Made by a program: the position numbers and the translations under genes. A stretch of 64,000 nucleotides of DNA from a virus (taxonomy: Duplodnaviria > Heunggongvirae > Uroviricota > Caudoviricetes > Demerecviridae), in IMG/VR virus record IMGVR_UViG_2974499565_000001, positions 38,703 through 102,702 of that record; one strand, given 5' to 3'. Positions within the stretch are counted from its first letter, which is position 1. Each line of letters opens with the position of its first letter. The notes beneath the pieces are model-generated. The model saw nothing but the letters and a program-made list of their open reading frames with translations, did no database searches and had not been told where the DNA came from. This document shows positions 18,199 to 28,056 of the stretch, one piece after another.

Positions 18199-20586
18199 AT
18201 GACTCAAAACAAAGTAGAATATTTCCTAAATCCTGAGAACTACAAAAAGGAAACTGCAATGGACTTTCGAATCACAAAAGTAATTAAACGCGACGGTACG
18301 ATTCAGGACTTTGCTCCTGAAAAACTCAATGATTGGGCTGCGTGGGCATGTAAAGATACTGACGTAAGTTGGTCTGCCGTAGTTATGGCTGCCCTGAAAA
18401 ATCTACCCAAAGGTATTGTAGACTCCGATACCCTCCAAGATGTGTTAATTAAAGCTGCTGAAGGTCTTATCAAAGACAACCCAGCATATGATATTGTTGC
18501 GAAGGAATTACGTCTTGCGCAGATGCGTAAGCGCCTCTATGATTCTTTCGAACCACCTTCTCTGCGTTTCTTCCACGATCATATGGTTCGTGTAGGCGCT
18601 TGGGAAGACATGAGTGCATGGATTAGCGATGATCAGTTTGACGCTCTGAACCAAGTTATTGATCATGATCGCGATCGTTTATTCACTAGTGGTGGACTGA
18701 AACAGTTCTTCGACAAGTATTCCCGTCGTAATATTGCTACTGGTGAAATTTACGAAACTCCGCAGTTTGCCTACATGGGTATGGCAATGGCGATGTTATC
18801 TCAACCTAATTGGACAATTCTAGATGCAATCGACCTCTACAATGCAATGTCGCTCCACAAAATCAACGTTCCTACGCCGCCACTGGTTGGCCTGCGCTCT
18901 AGTGACCGTGGATTTGCTAGTTGCTGCCTCGTGGATTCCACTGACACGCTGGATTCAATCGACACAGCCGAGCACATCGTCTTCAAAATGGTCGCAGCCA
19001 GAGCGGGAATCGGGTATCATCTTGAAAGCCGATCAATTGCTGATCCGGTGCGAAATGGGGCATTCCCGCATTCCGGAAAACTGCCATATTATAGACACAT
19101 TGACCGATCAGTAAAAGCTAACACTCAGCAAACCCGTGGTGGTTCTGCTACTGTGTCTTACCCATACTTCGATCCTGAAATCATTCAGTTGATGCAGGTT
19201 AAACAGCAACGTGCTACAGACGAGAATAAAATCGATAAGATGGATTACTCTCTGAGCTTTAACAACCTTCTGTTGAAACGTTATCTGAAAAACGAAGATA
19301 TTACGCTAATGTCTTGCTTCTACGCACCAGAAGTTCATGAAGCGTTTTATGGGGAAGATGAGGCTAAGTTTGAAGAAATCTATGTGGCAGCGGAGAAACG
19401 TGTGGCATCTCTTACAAAGATCGACCACGAAGGAAGAACAATTCCAGCAGCTCCAAAAATCTCAGCAAAAGAAATCCTAGATACTTGGCTACGTATCCGT
19501 ATGGAAACAGGGCGTATGTATGCTCATCACATTGGTGAATCTAACCGTCATGGTAACTTCCTTGACCCGATTCGTATGACCAACCTTTGTGTAGAGATTA
19601 CTCAGCCTACTCGTCCATTCCAGCACATTACGGAATTGTACAAAACCGCAGATCAATTAGATGATATGCTTCCAGAAGATATTGGCGAAGTATCTCTGTG
19701 TAACTTAGGTGGTGTTGTACTAGGACGCATGGAATCTCTGGCTGAGTGGGAAAAGACTTGCTATATTCTTCTGAAATTCGTTGATACCATCATTGAAATT
19801 CAGGACTATCCGTTCCCAACTATGGAATATACAGCTAAGAAACGTCGTAACGTTGGTATTGGCCTTATGAACGCAGCAGGTGCAATGGCAGCAGAAGGTC
19901 TGGCTTATGAAGGCGTTGAAGCACGTAACTGGATCCATCGTGAAGCTGAAAAACTGTCTTACTTCCTGCATAAAGCCTCTGTACGTCTAGCCAAAGAGCA
20001 AGGTGCATGTGAGTGGTTTAATCGTACTAAACCATCCAAAGGAATTCTGGTAATCGACACGTATAAGAAAACTGTTGATGAGCTGGTATCCGTAGGTCTA
20101 GAAATGGATTGGGAATCTCTGCGTGCAGATATTCTGAAATACGGTATGCGTAACTCTGTTCTGACAGCTCAGATGCCTGGTGAAAGCTCTTCTGTACTGT
20201 TAGGTGTTACTAATTCAATTGAACCACCCCGTAAGATTGTATCTATCAAGGGTAGTGCAGTGAACAAAGTAATTGCAATTGCTCCAGGTGCAACTGATTG
20301 GGATACTCTCATGAGCTATAAACTGGCTTATGATATTGATCGCACTGAGTGGATCAAGTGGAACGCCGTTTACCAAAAATTCTTGAGTCAGTCATCAAGT
20401 TTCCAGATGTATTATGATTACTCTAAATTCGAGAATGAAATCATCCCTGGCCCAGTAGTAGTTCGTGACTTTATGACTGCGGTTAAGTATGGTATAAAGA
20501 CCTGGTATTATGCTAACTTTAACACTGCGAATGGTGGAGGAGCTGGAGAAACTACAGGATGTTCTTCAGGTGGCTGCACCTTATAA
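18199..20586 (+). CDS. nrdA: Ribonucleoside-diphosphate reductase large subunit (class Ia)
   Basis: 795 aa. ATP-cone 'RITKVIKRDGT', 'NLCVEITQPT', C-terminal 'CSSGGC'. Collinear with E. coli NrdA. Start could alternatively be 18256. Confidence 0.85.
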   Translation: MTQNKVEYFLNPENYKKETAMDFRITKVIKRDGTIQDFAPEKLNDWAAWACKDTDVSWSAVVMAALKNLPKGIVDSDTLQDVLIKAAEGLIKDNPAYDIVAKELRLAQMRKRLYDSFEPPSLRFFHDHMVRVGAWEDMSAWISDDQFDALNQVIDHDRDRLFTSGGLKQFFDKYSRRNIATGEIYETPQFAYMGMAMAMLSQPNWTILDAIDLYNAMSLHKINVPTPPLVGLRSSDRGFASCCLVDSTDTLDSIDTAEHIVFKMVAARAGIGYHLESRSIADPVRNGAFPHSGKLPYYRHIDRSVKANTQQTRGGSATVSYPYFDPEIIQLMQVKQQRATDENKIDKMDYSLSFNNLLLKRYLKNEDITLMSCFYAPEVHEAFYGEDEAKFEEIYVAAEKRVASLTKIDHEGRTIPAAPKISAKEILDTWLRIRMETGRMYAHHIGESNRHGNFLDPIRMTNLCVEITQPTRPFQHITELYKTADQLDDMLPEDIGEVSLCNLGGVVLGRMESLAEWEKTCYILLKFVDTIIEIQDYPFPTMEYTAKKRRNVGIGLMNAAGAMAAEGLAYEGVEARNWIHREAEKLSYFLHKASVRLAKEQGACEWFNRTKPSKGILVIDTYKKTVDELVSVGLEMDWESLRADILKYGMRNSVLTAQMPGESSSVLLGVTNSIEPPRKIVSIKGSAVNKVIAIAPGATDWDTLMSYKLAYDIDRTEWIKWNAVYQKFLSQSSSFQMYYDYSKFENEIIPGPVVVRDFMTAVKYGIKTWYYANFNTANGGGAGETTGCSSGGCTL

Positions 20587-20594
20587 AACTAGTA

Positions 20595-20626
20595 AAGAGG
20601 GTTAATTATAACCCTCTTATTTTTAT
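20595..20626 (+). terminator. Rho-independent terminator after nrdA
   Basis: AAGAGGG-TTAATTATAA-CCCTCTT followed by ATTTTTAT. Confidence 0.55.
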
Positions 20627-20635
20627 ACTAATTGG

Positions 20636-21142
20636 TTGGAAATTATAATTATGTCAAAAACATTAGAAGATCATCTAGAGGTAGCTAAATTATTTGATTA
20701 TGATCCATATACTGGAATATTGACTCATAGACCTAGAGATAATAAAACATTTAATACCAAATATGCCGGAAAACCAGCAGGCTCCTTAGATAAATCTACA
20801 GGATATATAGTATTAAATATTAGAGGATACCCCTACTTAGCCCATAGGGTAATCTTTGCTAAAATTCATGGGTATATTCCAAAGGAAGTAGATCACGATA
20901 ATAGAATACGGCATGATAACCGAGCTATTAATTTAAAGGCCTCTGACAGACATAGTAATGGTAAAAATGTCGGGGTGCATAAAGACAATAAATTAGGTAT
21001 TAAAAATATTCACCAAAAAGCTAGTGGATCTTATCAGGTACAGATAGCCCGTAAAGGTGTAAAATATACTAAAACATTCAAAGAACTTGAGGATGCTATA
21101 GAGTGGCGCGATACGAAACTATTAGAGCTTGATAGTTTATAA
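20636..21142 (+). CDS. HNH homing endonuclease inserted between nrdA and nrdB
   Basis: 'EVDHDNRIRHDNRAINLKAS...IEWRDTKLLEL'. Confidence 0.65.
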   Translation: MEIIIMSKTLEDHLEVAKLFDYDPYTGILTHRPRDNKTFNTKYAGKPAGSLDKSTGYIVLNIRGYPYLAHRVIFAKIHGYIPKEVDHDNRIRHDNRAINLKASDRHSNGKNVGVHKDNKLGIKNIHQKASGSYQVQIARKGVKYTKTFKELEDAIEWRDTKLLELDSL

Positions 21143-21185
21143 TTTTACTTGCTAATCGCTACCTGATTTGCTATAATATTCCTGA
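21140..21185 (+). promoter_or_regulatory. Phage early-type promoter for nrdB
   Basis: TTGCTA (21149..21154), 18-bp spacer, TATAAT (21173..21178). Confidence 0.5.
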
Positions 21186-21208
21186 AATAGTGAGAAAGAG
21201 GAAAATCA

Positions 21209-22354
21209 ATGACTACTTTACTAAACCTGAATTGGGATCATACTAACCCTGAGCTTTTCCTGGGCGATTCTCTTGGTATCGCAGACTACGTTCGTGTAGC
21301 ACATCCTGAACTTGAGCGTTTAGCACTTCTACAACGTTCCCAGTTCTGGACTGAAACTGAAATCAGTCTAGAAGCTGACAAAAAGCAATGGCCTAATCTT
21401 CCTAAAGATATTCAGGAAATTACTCTCCTGAACTTAGCATGGCAGACTCAGACTGACTCATTTATTAGTCGTGCGCCAGAAGCAGCAATTATGCCACTCG
21501 TAAGCCGTCCAGAACTGGAAGGCATGATGAAGCAGTGGAGCTACTTCGAAGATCTGCATAGTCGTGCTTATAGTAACATTATCCGTAACGTTCTGACTGA
21601 CCCAGCAGAATTTATTGATTCCGTTACTAAAAACCAAGAAGCATTTGCACGTATTGCTGATTCTGTAGAGCTATTTGATGAACTGTATCAGTTAGGTCAG
21701 TACTTCATCGTAGTACGTGATCATCGTGGTGATAATACTTACCCAGAAACTGAGTTCCCTGAAGTTAAACGCGAAACTCAGGCTAAACTGTTAGATGCTT
21801 ACTTTGCAATCTACGGTCTGGAAGCAATGCAGTTCTATGCATCTTTTGCATGTACCTTTGCTCTAGCAGAAAACGATATTCTCCAAGGTATTGCTAAGAA
21901 CCTGCAACTGATTGCTAAAGATGAAGCTCTGCACACTCAAATGTCCAAAGCAGTTATCCAGATCATGTTCCAACAGTTCGACCAAGATCTGATTGATGAA
22001 GCTCTGGCTAAAGCACCTGCACAACTTCTGAAAACTCTGCAAACTGAGATCAACTGGGGTCATTTTATCTTTAAAGGTCGTAGTCTGATTGGTCTGAATG
22101 CAGAACTTCTGGAAGAATACCTCTACTTTGTAGGACGTAACGCATTTATGCACATTGGCGTAGAATGGCCGAGCAATCTGCCTGTAATTACTAAGAACCC
22201 GATTCCGTGGATCATGAACTGGCTGGATACTACATCTTTACAGCCTGCTCCACAGGAAATTCAGATTGGTGCAGCTTATCGTGTAGGTCAAGTAACTGAA
22301 ACTTCTACCGATACCCTGAAAGACCTGGGTAACGAATTCGAGGGCATGTTCTAA
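21209..22354 (+). CDS. nrdB: Ribonucleoside-diphosphate reductase small subunit
   Basis: 381 aa. Ferritin-like diiron protein with conserved E/H pattern. Follows nrdA. Confidence 0.8.
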   Translation: MTTLLNLNWDHTNPELFLGDSLGIADYVRVAHPELERLALLQRSQFWTETEISLEADKKQWPNLPKDIQEITLLNLAWQTQTDSFISRAPEAAIMPLVSRPELEGMMKQWSYFEDLHSRAYSNIIRNVLTDPAEFIDSVTKNQEAFARIADSVELFDELYQLGQYFIVVRDHRGDNTYPETEFPEVKRETQAKLLDAYFAIYGLEAMQFYASFACTFALAENDILQGIAKNLQLIAKDEALHTQMSKAVIQIMFQQFDQDLIDEALAKAPAQLLKTLQTEINWGHFIFKGRSLIGLNAELLEEYLYFVGRNAFMHIGVEWPSNLPVITKNPIPWIMNWLDTTSLQPAPQEIQIGAAYRVGQVTETSTDTLKDLGNEFEGMF

Positions 22355-22890
22355 TGATAGCAGCAATCTATGCAACTGGGCCGAAAGGGGAGTTCGGCCT
22401 CAATGGTAAACTCCCATGGGGTTCCTTCAAAGAGGAACTAGATATATTTTATGCCACACTGGATTCTCTAGCACCTGATAACATCATTATTGGTGCAGGT
22501 ACGTGGTTTGGTTTTCCTGAAACGCTTCAAAAGAGGATATTAGGGGATTCTGATCTATTTATCTATGCCAATGCCAATAAGCCTTTACAGGAAACTATTG
22601 GCTGTCCTACTCGAATTACTAGCATTGGGTATACTTTGCCTGAATTCTTTAAGGAAGAAGTAACAGTAGTATTGGGTGGAGCAGCTTTGCTCCTAGAGAT
22701 GTATGCTAAAAATCATCTAGACATGGCGTATGTTTCGACAATCGCATCATCAACACCATTATCGGCTGATGTACACTTGCATCCACATATTACTATGACT
22801 AACTCGATGGCAACCAGAATGGAGTATGCATCAGGGGAGAACGCAGATAAAACCCTTTTCTTTCTACAGGAGCTAGTAACGTTTAAATGA
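22354..22890 (+). CDS. frd: Dihydrofolate reductase
   Basis: '[22 protein letters not shown]' matches the DHFR N-terminus. ATGA overlap with nrdB. Confidence 0.7.
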   Translation: MIAAIYATGPKGEFGLNGKLPWGSFKEELDIFYATLDSLAPDNIIIGAGTWFGFPETLQKRILGDSDLFIYANANKPLQETIGCPTRITSIGYTLPEFFKEEVTVVLGGAALLLEMYAKNHLDMAYVSTIASSTPLSADVHLHPHITMTNSMATRMEYASGENADKTLFFLQELVTFK

Positions 22891-23741
22891 AACAGTATAT
22901 CGAAACAGGAAAACGTATTCTCGAAGAAGGTCAGTGGGTAACTAATCCTAGAACAGGTGTACGTTGCCTCACAATTATTGACGCAGATTTCACTTTTAAT
23001 GTGGGGGCGAATGAGTTCCCACTTATTACTACTCGTAAGGCATTTGCAAAACAAGCAATAATGGAAATGATTGGCTACTTACGTGGTTATGATTCCGCAG
23101 CACAATTCCGTGCTATTGGGGTTAATACATGGAATGCTAATGCAAATGAAAACCTTGCATGGTTGGATAATCCATATCGCAAAGGCGAAGATGATATGGG
23201 ACGAGTCTATGGTGTCCAAGGGCGTCATTGGACAAACTCTGATGGCCTTATATTTGACCAGTTATCTAAGATCTACCATAATCTAAAAAAAGGTATTGAT
23301 GATCGTGGGGAGATTCTAACTTTCTGGAATCCAGGGGAGTTCTCGAAGGGCTGCTTACGTCCTTGTATGCACACTCACCAATTCTCTATTCTAGGAGATA
23401 CTTTATATCTGAATTCATTCCAGCGGTCTAATGACTTCCTGCTAGGTCAGGTATTTAACATGGTTCAATGCTATGCTTTGCTTGCAATCATGGCTCAAAT
23501 CACGGGATATAAGCCTGGAATCGCTCGCCAAAAGATTGTGAATCTTCACATCTACGAGAATCAGTATGAAGTTCTAATGAAACACAAACAGTTTGATCGT
23601 GAACCTTTTGAATCCCCTCATCTGATCATTAATCCAGATATTAAAACCCTGGATGATGTTCTGACATGGGTAAATAAAGATGATTTTGATGTTGTGGACT
23701 ATCAGCATCATCCAGCTATTACCTACCCATTCACAGTTTAA
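22887..23741 (+). CDS. thyA: Thymidylate synthase
   Basis: '[11 protein letters not shown]', '[20 protein letters not shown]'. 284 aa. Confidence 0.8.
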   Translation: MKQYIETGKRILEEGQWVTNPRTGVRCLTIIDADFTFNVGANEFPLITTRKAFAKQAIMEMIGYLRGYDSAAQFRAIGVNTWNANANENLAWLDNPYRKGEDDMGRVYGVQGRHWTNSDGLIFDQLSKIYHNLKKGIDDRGEILTFWNPGEFSKGCLRPCMHTHQFSILGDTLYLNSFQRSNDFLLGQVFNMVQCYALLAIMAQITGYKPGIARQKIVNLHIYENQYEVLMKHKQFDREPFESPHLIINPDIKTLDDVLTWVNKDDFDVVDYQHHPAITYPFTV

Positions 23742-23748
23742 TTTAAAT

Positions 23749-23770
23749 AGCCCTTCGGGGCTATTATATT
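23749..23770 (+). terminator. Weak terminator/stability hairpin after thyA
   Basis: AGCCC-TTCG-GGGCT followed by ATTATATTT. Confidence 0.35.
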
Positions 23771-23774
23771 TAAA

Positions 23775-23815
23775 ATTTCATTTGCTTACTGAGTGAGATT
23801 TTAAGTATAATATAC
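23775..23815 (+). promoter_or_regulatory. Phage early-type promoter
   Basis: TTGCTT (23782..23787), 18-bp spacer, TATAAT (23806..23811). Confidence 0.5.
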
Positions 23816-23841
23816 TTCTAATTTGACGGAAGGATTTAATA

Positions 23842-24420
23842 ATGACAGCCATAGTAGCATTTAAATATAAAGATAAAGTGTACTTAGCTGGCGATCGTAT
23901 GGGTTCTAATGGCTATACGAAACTGCTAGTTAAAAACCCAAAAGTATTCAAGATTTCTGATGATCTATACTTTGGATATACAAGCTCCTTCTATATGGGA
24001 CAGCTACTGGAACATAGCTTCAATATACCACCACGCTTAGCAGATATTTCCGATAACAAATACTTATACACGGAAATAGTACCTAAACTGCGTGATATGT
24101 TTAACCAGAAAGACTTTGGCGAAAAGAAAAATGAAAAGTACGCTGAACCTAATCTGGGACAATTTATCATGATCTATAAAGGAAGGATTTTTATCTTTCA
24201 ATCTAACGCCTCTATTTTAGAAGTTGAATATGCTGGTATAGGTTGTGGAGGTGAAGATGTGCTTTCTAGTATTCGCACTGGTTTAGCTATTGCAGATTGT
24301 AAAGCTACAGATTTAGACGAAGATGATATGTTCGAGATCATTGATCTAGCATTTACACACTGTGCTGATTATATGTGTGGTGTATCTTCTCAACATGATA
24401 TTTTAGTAATTGGAGAATAA
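23842..24420 (+). CDS. HslV/proteasome-beta-like Ntn hydrolase
   Basis: N-terminal 'MTAIVAF...LAGDRMGS' places Thr2 as a putative nucleophile. Lys in 'KLLVKNPKV'. 'AGIGCGGEDV' matches the HslV 'IGSGG' motif. Confidence 0.45.
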   Translation: MTAIVAFKYKDKVYLAGDRMGSNGYTKLLVKNPKVFKISDDLYFGYTSSFYMGQLLEHSFNIPPRLADISDNKYLYTEIVPKLRDMFNQKDFGEKKNEKYAEPNLGQFIMIYKGRIFIFQSNASILEVEYAGIGCGGEDVLSSIRTGLAIADCKATDLDEDDMFEIIDLAFTHCADYMCGVSSQHDILVIGE

Positions 24421-24422
24421 AT

Positions 24423-24905
24423 ATGTCGGTTTTCCACGTATATACAGATGGTGCATGTAAAGGTAATCCTGGTTTAGGTGCTTGGGGTTTCATTGTTTTC
24501 AATGACAATGATGATCGTTTAGGTTCTAAATCTGGTTTTAGCAAGAAAACCACTAATAACGAAATGGAACTCACAGCAATCGTTGAAGTCCTTCGTTGGT
24601 CTACTAAGAAAGATAGCCGTCCAGTTATTATCTATACGGATTCTACATACTGTAAGAATGGTATGGAAAGTTGGATGTGGTCTTGGCAGAAGAAAGGCTG
24701 GAAGAAAGGTGATGGAGAGACTCCTCTCAACCTAGATCTTTGGAAAGAAGCCTTCGAACTTACTCAATTATACATTAAATACCATAATACTAATCCAACA
24801 TTTGTTAAGGTTAAAGGACATTCTGGTATTAGTGGTAATGAAGCAGTAGATGCTCTCTGCAATACAGTTATTGCCGAACAAGAATTTGAAGAGAAGTTTG
24901 GTTAA
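24423..24905 (+). CDS. rnhA: Ribonuclease HI
   Basis: 'VYTDGACKGNPG', 'NNEMELTAI', 'HSGISGNEAVDAL'. Confidence 0.8.
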   Translation: MSVFHVYTDGACKGNPGLGAWGFIVFNDNDDRLGSKSGFSKKTTNNEMELTAIVEVLRWSTKKDSRPVIIYTDSTYCKNGMESWMWSWQKKGWKKGDGETPLNLDLWKEAFELTQLYIKYHNTNPTFVKVKGHSGISGNEAVDALCNTVIAEQEFEEKFG

Positions 24906-24911
24906 TAATTT

Positions 24912-24955
24912 AAAAATTCAGTTGCTTAAAGCCCTCGATTTTAGTATAATATTCA
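24912..24955 (+). promoter_or_regulatory. Phage early-type promoter
   Basis: TTGCTT (24922..24927), 17-bp spacer, TATAAT (24945..24950). Confidence 0.6.
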
Positions 24956-24977
24956 TATTGAAAGTGAGGAGGGCTTT

Positions 24978-25256
24978 ATGCGAATTTACAACTCAAATTC
25001 ATTAGGTTTCAAACCATTGAGAAAACGTGCACAATCTCCGCGTCAGATCAGAAAGGCTAATATCGGAGAACCAGAAACACGTTTTCCACCACCTCCTGAA
25101 CAACGTCTAGTTTATCTAGATGAGGAACTGGCAGAACGTGAACGTAAAGCTCAAGAAGAAATTGAGCGTAAAAAGATGTGTACTGCTCCGGCGTATAACA
25201 AAGGTGCATATCAGTACGTCTCTGATGAAGAACAAGCTAAGATGGTCGGCAGATAA
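24978..25256 (+). CDS. Hypothetical protein
   Basis: 92-aa ORF with an RBS. Confidence 0.4.
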   Translation: MRIYNSNSLGFKPLRKRAQSPRQIRKANIGEPETRFPPPPEQRLVYLDEELAERERKAQEEIERKKMCTAPAYNKGAYQYVSDEEQAKMVGR

Positions 25257-25261
25257 TTTTT

Positions 25262-25305
25262 AAAAAATTCATTTGCTAAACGCTTCAAAATCTCGTATAA
25301 TATAC
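25262..25305 (+). promoter_or_regulatory. Phage early-type promoter
   Basis: AAAAAATTCATTTGCTAAACGCTTCAAAATCTCGTATAATATACTTCATAAATTGA. -35 at 25273..25278, -10 at 25296..25301. Confidence 0.65.
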
Positions 25306-25339
25306 TTCATAAATTGATCAACAAAAAGGAAAACAAATA

Positions 25340-25855
25340 ATGGCTAAGCAGAAAAACGCAAAAACTCAGGCAGCTCCAGCAGTTAAGACTTTCCCGCAGA
25401 CCGAAGCTAATCGTAAAGCTCGTCTGGAACGTCATCTGCGTAAGCATCCAACTGATACGCAGGCTCAAGCTGCTCTGACAGCTCCACTGCCAGTTCGTCA
25501 CAAGCCGAAGGCTAAGAACTCCACTCGCGCAACCGCTAAGCATGTTGTATTCGTTCCGGGCGAAGGTCACAAGTCTGTACCAGTAACCCTGAGCTTCAAC
25601 GGTGGAGCTGAACTCTTTGCTCGCAAAGATATGACTCCTAAGGAGTACGAAAAGGTAGTCAACCAGAAGCGTAAGCCTATGGCTGACGTAATGCGTGAAT
25701 CTCGTGGTCAGTTCGGTTCTGTTAAGCCGAATATCTTCGGAGTAGAATATAGCCGTGACAACGTTCGCGCTCTATGCTACGGCATTGGCATCAAGTTTAC
25801 TGGTGCTTCTGATCGTAAATCCGCTAAACCAGCTCGTAAGCGTAAAGCGAAGTAA
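25340..25855 (+). CDS. Highly basic hypothetical protein
   Basis: 171-aa Lys/Arg/Ala-rich ORF, possibly nucleic-acid binding. Confidence 0.4.
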   Translation: MAKQKNAKTQAAPAVKTFPQTEANRKARLERHLRKHPTDTQAQAALTAPLPVRHKPKAKNSTRATAKHVVFVPGEGHKSVPVTLSFNGGAELFARKDMTPKEYEKVVNQKRKPMADVMRESRGQFGSVKPNIFGVEYSRDNVRALCYGIGIKFTGASDRKSAKPARKRKAK

Positions 25856-25863
25856 TGATTGAT

Positions 25864-25877
25864 GGGGCGAAAGCCCC
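25864..25877 (+). terminator. Stable GNRA-type hairpin (terminator or processing signal)
   Basis: GGGGC-GAAA-GCCCC. No strong U-tract follows. Confidence 0.3.
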
Positions 25878-25911
25878 ATATACCAACCCTCTTTCTAACT
25901 AAGGATATTTT

Positions 25912-26127
25912 ATGTTCTCTAAGAAACCACGTTCCGTTACTGAAATCGTTGCTTCCTTTACCACGATCACTGATGAACTTCAAGCTCGTATTGAAGCTGA
26001 TCAGAAAACTGCTGCTGATATTCAGAAACAGCAGGAAGAACTTGCTCTGAAACTGGCCGAAACCAATAAGAGCGAAAAATCTGCTCAAACTATTAAGGAA
26101 AATATCCTTAAACTCCTGGGCAAGTAA
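25912..26127 (+). CDS. Hypothetical coiled-coil protein
   Basis: 71-aa ORF. Confidence 0.35.
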   Translation: MFSKKPRSVTEIVASFTTITDELQARIEADQKTAADIQKQQEELALKLAETNKSEKSAQTIKENILKLLGK

Positions 26128-26136
26128 TTTAAATCA

Positions 26137-26151
26137 GGGGGCGTAAGCCCC
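26137..26151 (+). terminator. Stable hairpin (GGGGC-GTAA-GCCCC)
   Basis: Paired with the analogous hairpin at 25864. Confidence 0.3.
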
Positions 26152-26168
26152 TCTCATTTGGAGAAACT

Positions 26169-26384
26169 ATGCGTAACTTCGTTGTAAAGAATGATTTTAA
26201 TCGTGCTAGCACTCATAAGTCTGCTAGAGATTACACTCGCCTTTCTAAACATGAGCTTCTAGAAGAAATCATGGAAGAAAACTGGGATGTTAATGAAAGT
26301 GGAACAGACTTGTTTGAAGAGGAAGAAATTCCCCTGAAAGACCCCAAGCAGTGGGAGTCTAACAAAGAGACCACTCTTTGTTAG
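26169..26384 (+). CDS. Hypothetical acidic protein
   Basis: 71-aa ORF. Confidence 0.35.
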   Translation: MRNFVVKNDFNRASTHKSARDYTRLSKHELLEEIMEENWDVNESGTDLFEEEEIPLKDPKQWESNKETTLC

Positions 26385-26409
26385 TTTTCTACACAATAAA
26401 GGATAAGTT

Positions 26410-27111
26410 ATGAAAGTAAAACCATTTGGTATGCTGGACATTGAATCCCTAGGAACTCCAGATAACTGTGGAACAACCCATATTGCAATGCCGTCATTCG
26501 CTTTCGTAGCCATGCACGGGATTGACAAAGACCCTGATCTGGTCTTCGTAACTCTAGATGTTCAAGACCAACTTAACTCAGGTGCTAAAGTTACTGCATC
26601 TACCTTTGCTTTCTGGATGGATCAAGCTAAAAATAGCCCATCTGCTATCCACATTATGGAAGCATTACAAAGTAATAGTGCTAAACTCATTGCATTCCGT
26701 GGGGGTAAACATCACTGCACCAATGAACTAGGTTCTAATTACAATGCTTATTTCATGACTAAGAACATGATGGAATTGTTCCTAGACGAAAATGCTCTAT
26801 ATTACGGCAATGGCCCAGAGTTTGATATGACTATCTACTCTGCTAATACGTTCCACGCCGGAACTAATGAAGCAGTCGTTCCGTGGAAATTCTGGAATCT
26901 AGGTAACGTTCGTTCTTTCCGTAATCTGTGGATGCAAGCAGGCCATAACTACAAAGAACTGGAGGCCGAAGGTGCTAGCTGGGCTAAAGCTAAAATGGAA
27001 AAGATGGACACCATTCGTTATGGAATCTATCCAGTTAAACATGACCCAGCATTCGATGCGTTAGTTGAAAGTTACTGCGTTGCACGCATGATCGAAAAAA
27101 TCAAAATTTGA
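26410..27111 (+). CDS. DEDDh-family 3'-5' exonuclease (DnaQ/DexA-like)
   Basis: Exo I 'LDIESLG', Exo II 'GPEFDMTIY', Exo III 'HDPAFD'. Confidence 0.45.
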   Translation: MKVKPFGMLDIESLGTPDNCGTTHIAMPSFAFVAMHGIDKDPDLVFVTLDVQDQLNSGAKVTASTFAFWMDQAKNSPSAIHIMEALQSNSAKLIAFRGGKHHCTNELGSNYNAYFMTKNMMELFLDENALYYGNGPEFDMTIYSANTFHAGTNEAVVPWKFWNLGNVRSFRNLWMQAGHNYKELEAEGASWAKAKMEKMDTIRYGIYPVKHDPAFDALVESYCVARMIEKIKI

Positions 27112-27150
27112 TTTGCTTTCAGCTCCAAAATTCTGTATAATATATTCATA
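27107..27150 (+). promoter_or_regulatory. Phage early-type promoter
   Basis: TTGCTT (27113..27118), 17-bp spacer, TATAAT (27136..27141), then ATAAATTTGAGAAAAC. Confidence 0.6.
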
Positions 27151-27181
27151 AATTTGAGAAAACAAACAAAAGGAAAATACA

Positions 27182-27364
27182 ATGCCAGTATCTAAAAACA
27201 CTCGTAAAAATGGTAAGAAAGCTATTCGTAATCTGGGTCTGCGTCGTATGGCTGAACGTCAGTCTGGTATCCAGAAAATCTTTAACGTGCTGAACCGCGC
27301 TAATCCGAAAATTGATAATAGTTCTGATACTGTTCTGCGCACTCTGCTGGCAATCGGTCTGTAA
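27182..27364 (+). CDS. Small basic protein
   Basis: 60-aa ORF. Confidence 0.3.
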   Translation: MPVSKNTRKNGKKAIRNLGLRRMAERQSGIQKIFNVLNRANPKIDNSSDTVLRTLLAIGL

Positions 27365-27417
27365 TAGACCGCTTTGAAAACAAATTCAAATCTCAAACTT
27401 CATATAAGGAAGAAATA

Positions 27418-28056
27418 ATGACTACTCGTATGTCTAAAACTCGTGCTCTGGCAACCATTAAGTCTCTGGAAGCTAAAATCCGTAAAGCCACTGAACAACA
27501 GCTTCTGGTTGCGGTTGGCGAAGGTAAAGATCACAACCAAGTTGTTGTTGGTGCTGCAATTGAAGTAGAGGCTCTGTCTACTCGTATTGCGAATGACTTC
27601 CAGTCTCTGCTGGATATGATGTCTCAGCGCGATCGCATCAAAGCTGCCCTGATCCAAAGCAACGCAGAAACGATTGTTGAAATCGGCCCTCGTAAAATGA
27701 CCGTAGCGGAAGCTATCGAAGCCAAGCGTTCTATGGAACTCAAGGCACAGCTATTGGCTAACATGCGTAAGCAGTTCCACGCTGCAACTGTTAAGTTCAA
27801 TACTCAGAAAGCTCAATTTGATGCTAAGTACGAGCGTCTTCAGGATAACATGTCCACCCGTGACAAGAAGACTTCCGAAGATGAAATCAAAATGCAGATC
27901 AACCTGCTGGAACTGAAGCACACTCCCTTCCTGATCGATCCTCTGGGTCTAGAGGCGTTGATCAAGCAACACGACGAAGAATACCAGGACTTTGCAACCA
28001 ACGTTGACTTTGTTCTGTCTGAGTCCAACGCCTCTACTTTTATCGAAGTAGAGTAA
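27418..28056 (+). CDS. Hypothetical coiled-coil protein
   Basis: 212-aa ORF. Confidence 0.45.
   Translation: MTTRMSKTRALATIKSLEAKIRKATEQQLLVAVGEGKDHNQVVVGAAIEVEALSTRIANDFQSLLDMMSQRDRIKAALIQSNAETIVEIGPRKMTVAEAIEAKRSMELKAQLLANMRKQFHAATVKFNTQKAQFDAKYERLQDNMSTRDKKTSEDEIKMQINLLELKHTPFLIDPLGLEALIKQHDEEYQDFATNVDFVLSESNASTFIEVE

Noticed and set aside
25777-26088. 103-aa minus-strand ORF overlapping plus-strand genes 25340..25855 and 25912..26127
   Set aside because: All local promoters, terminators and RBSs are plus-oriented. Antisense artefact.
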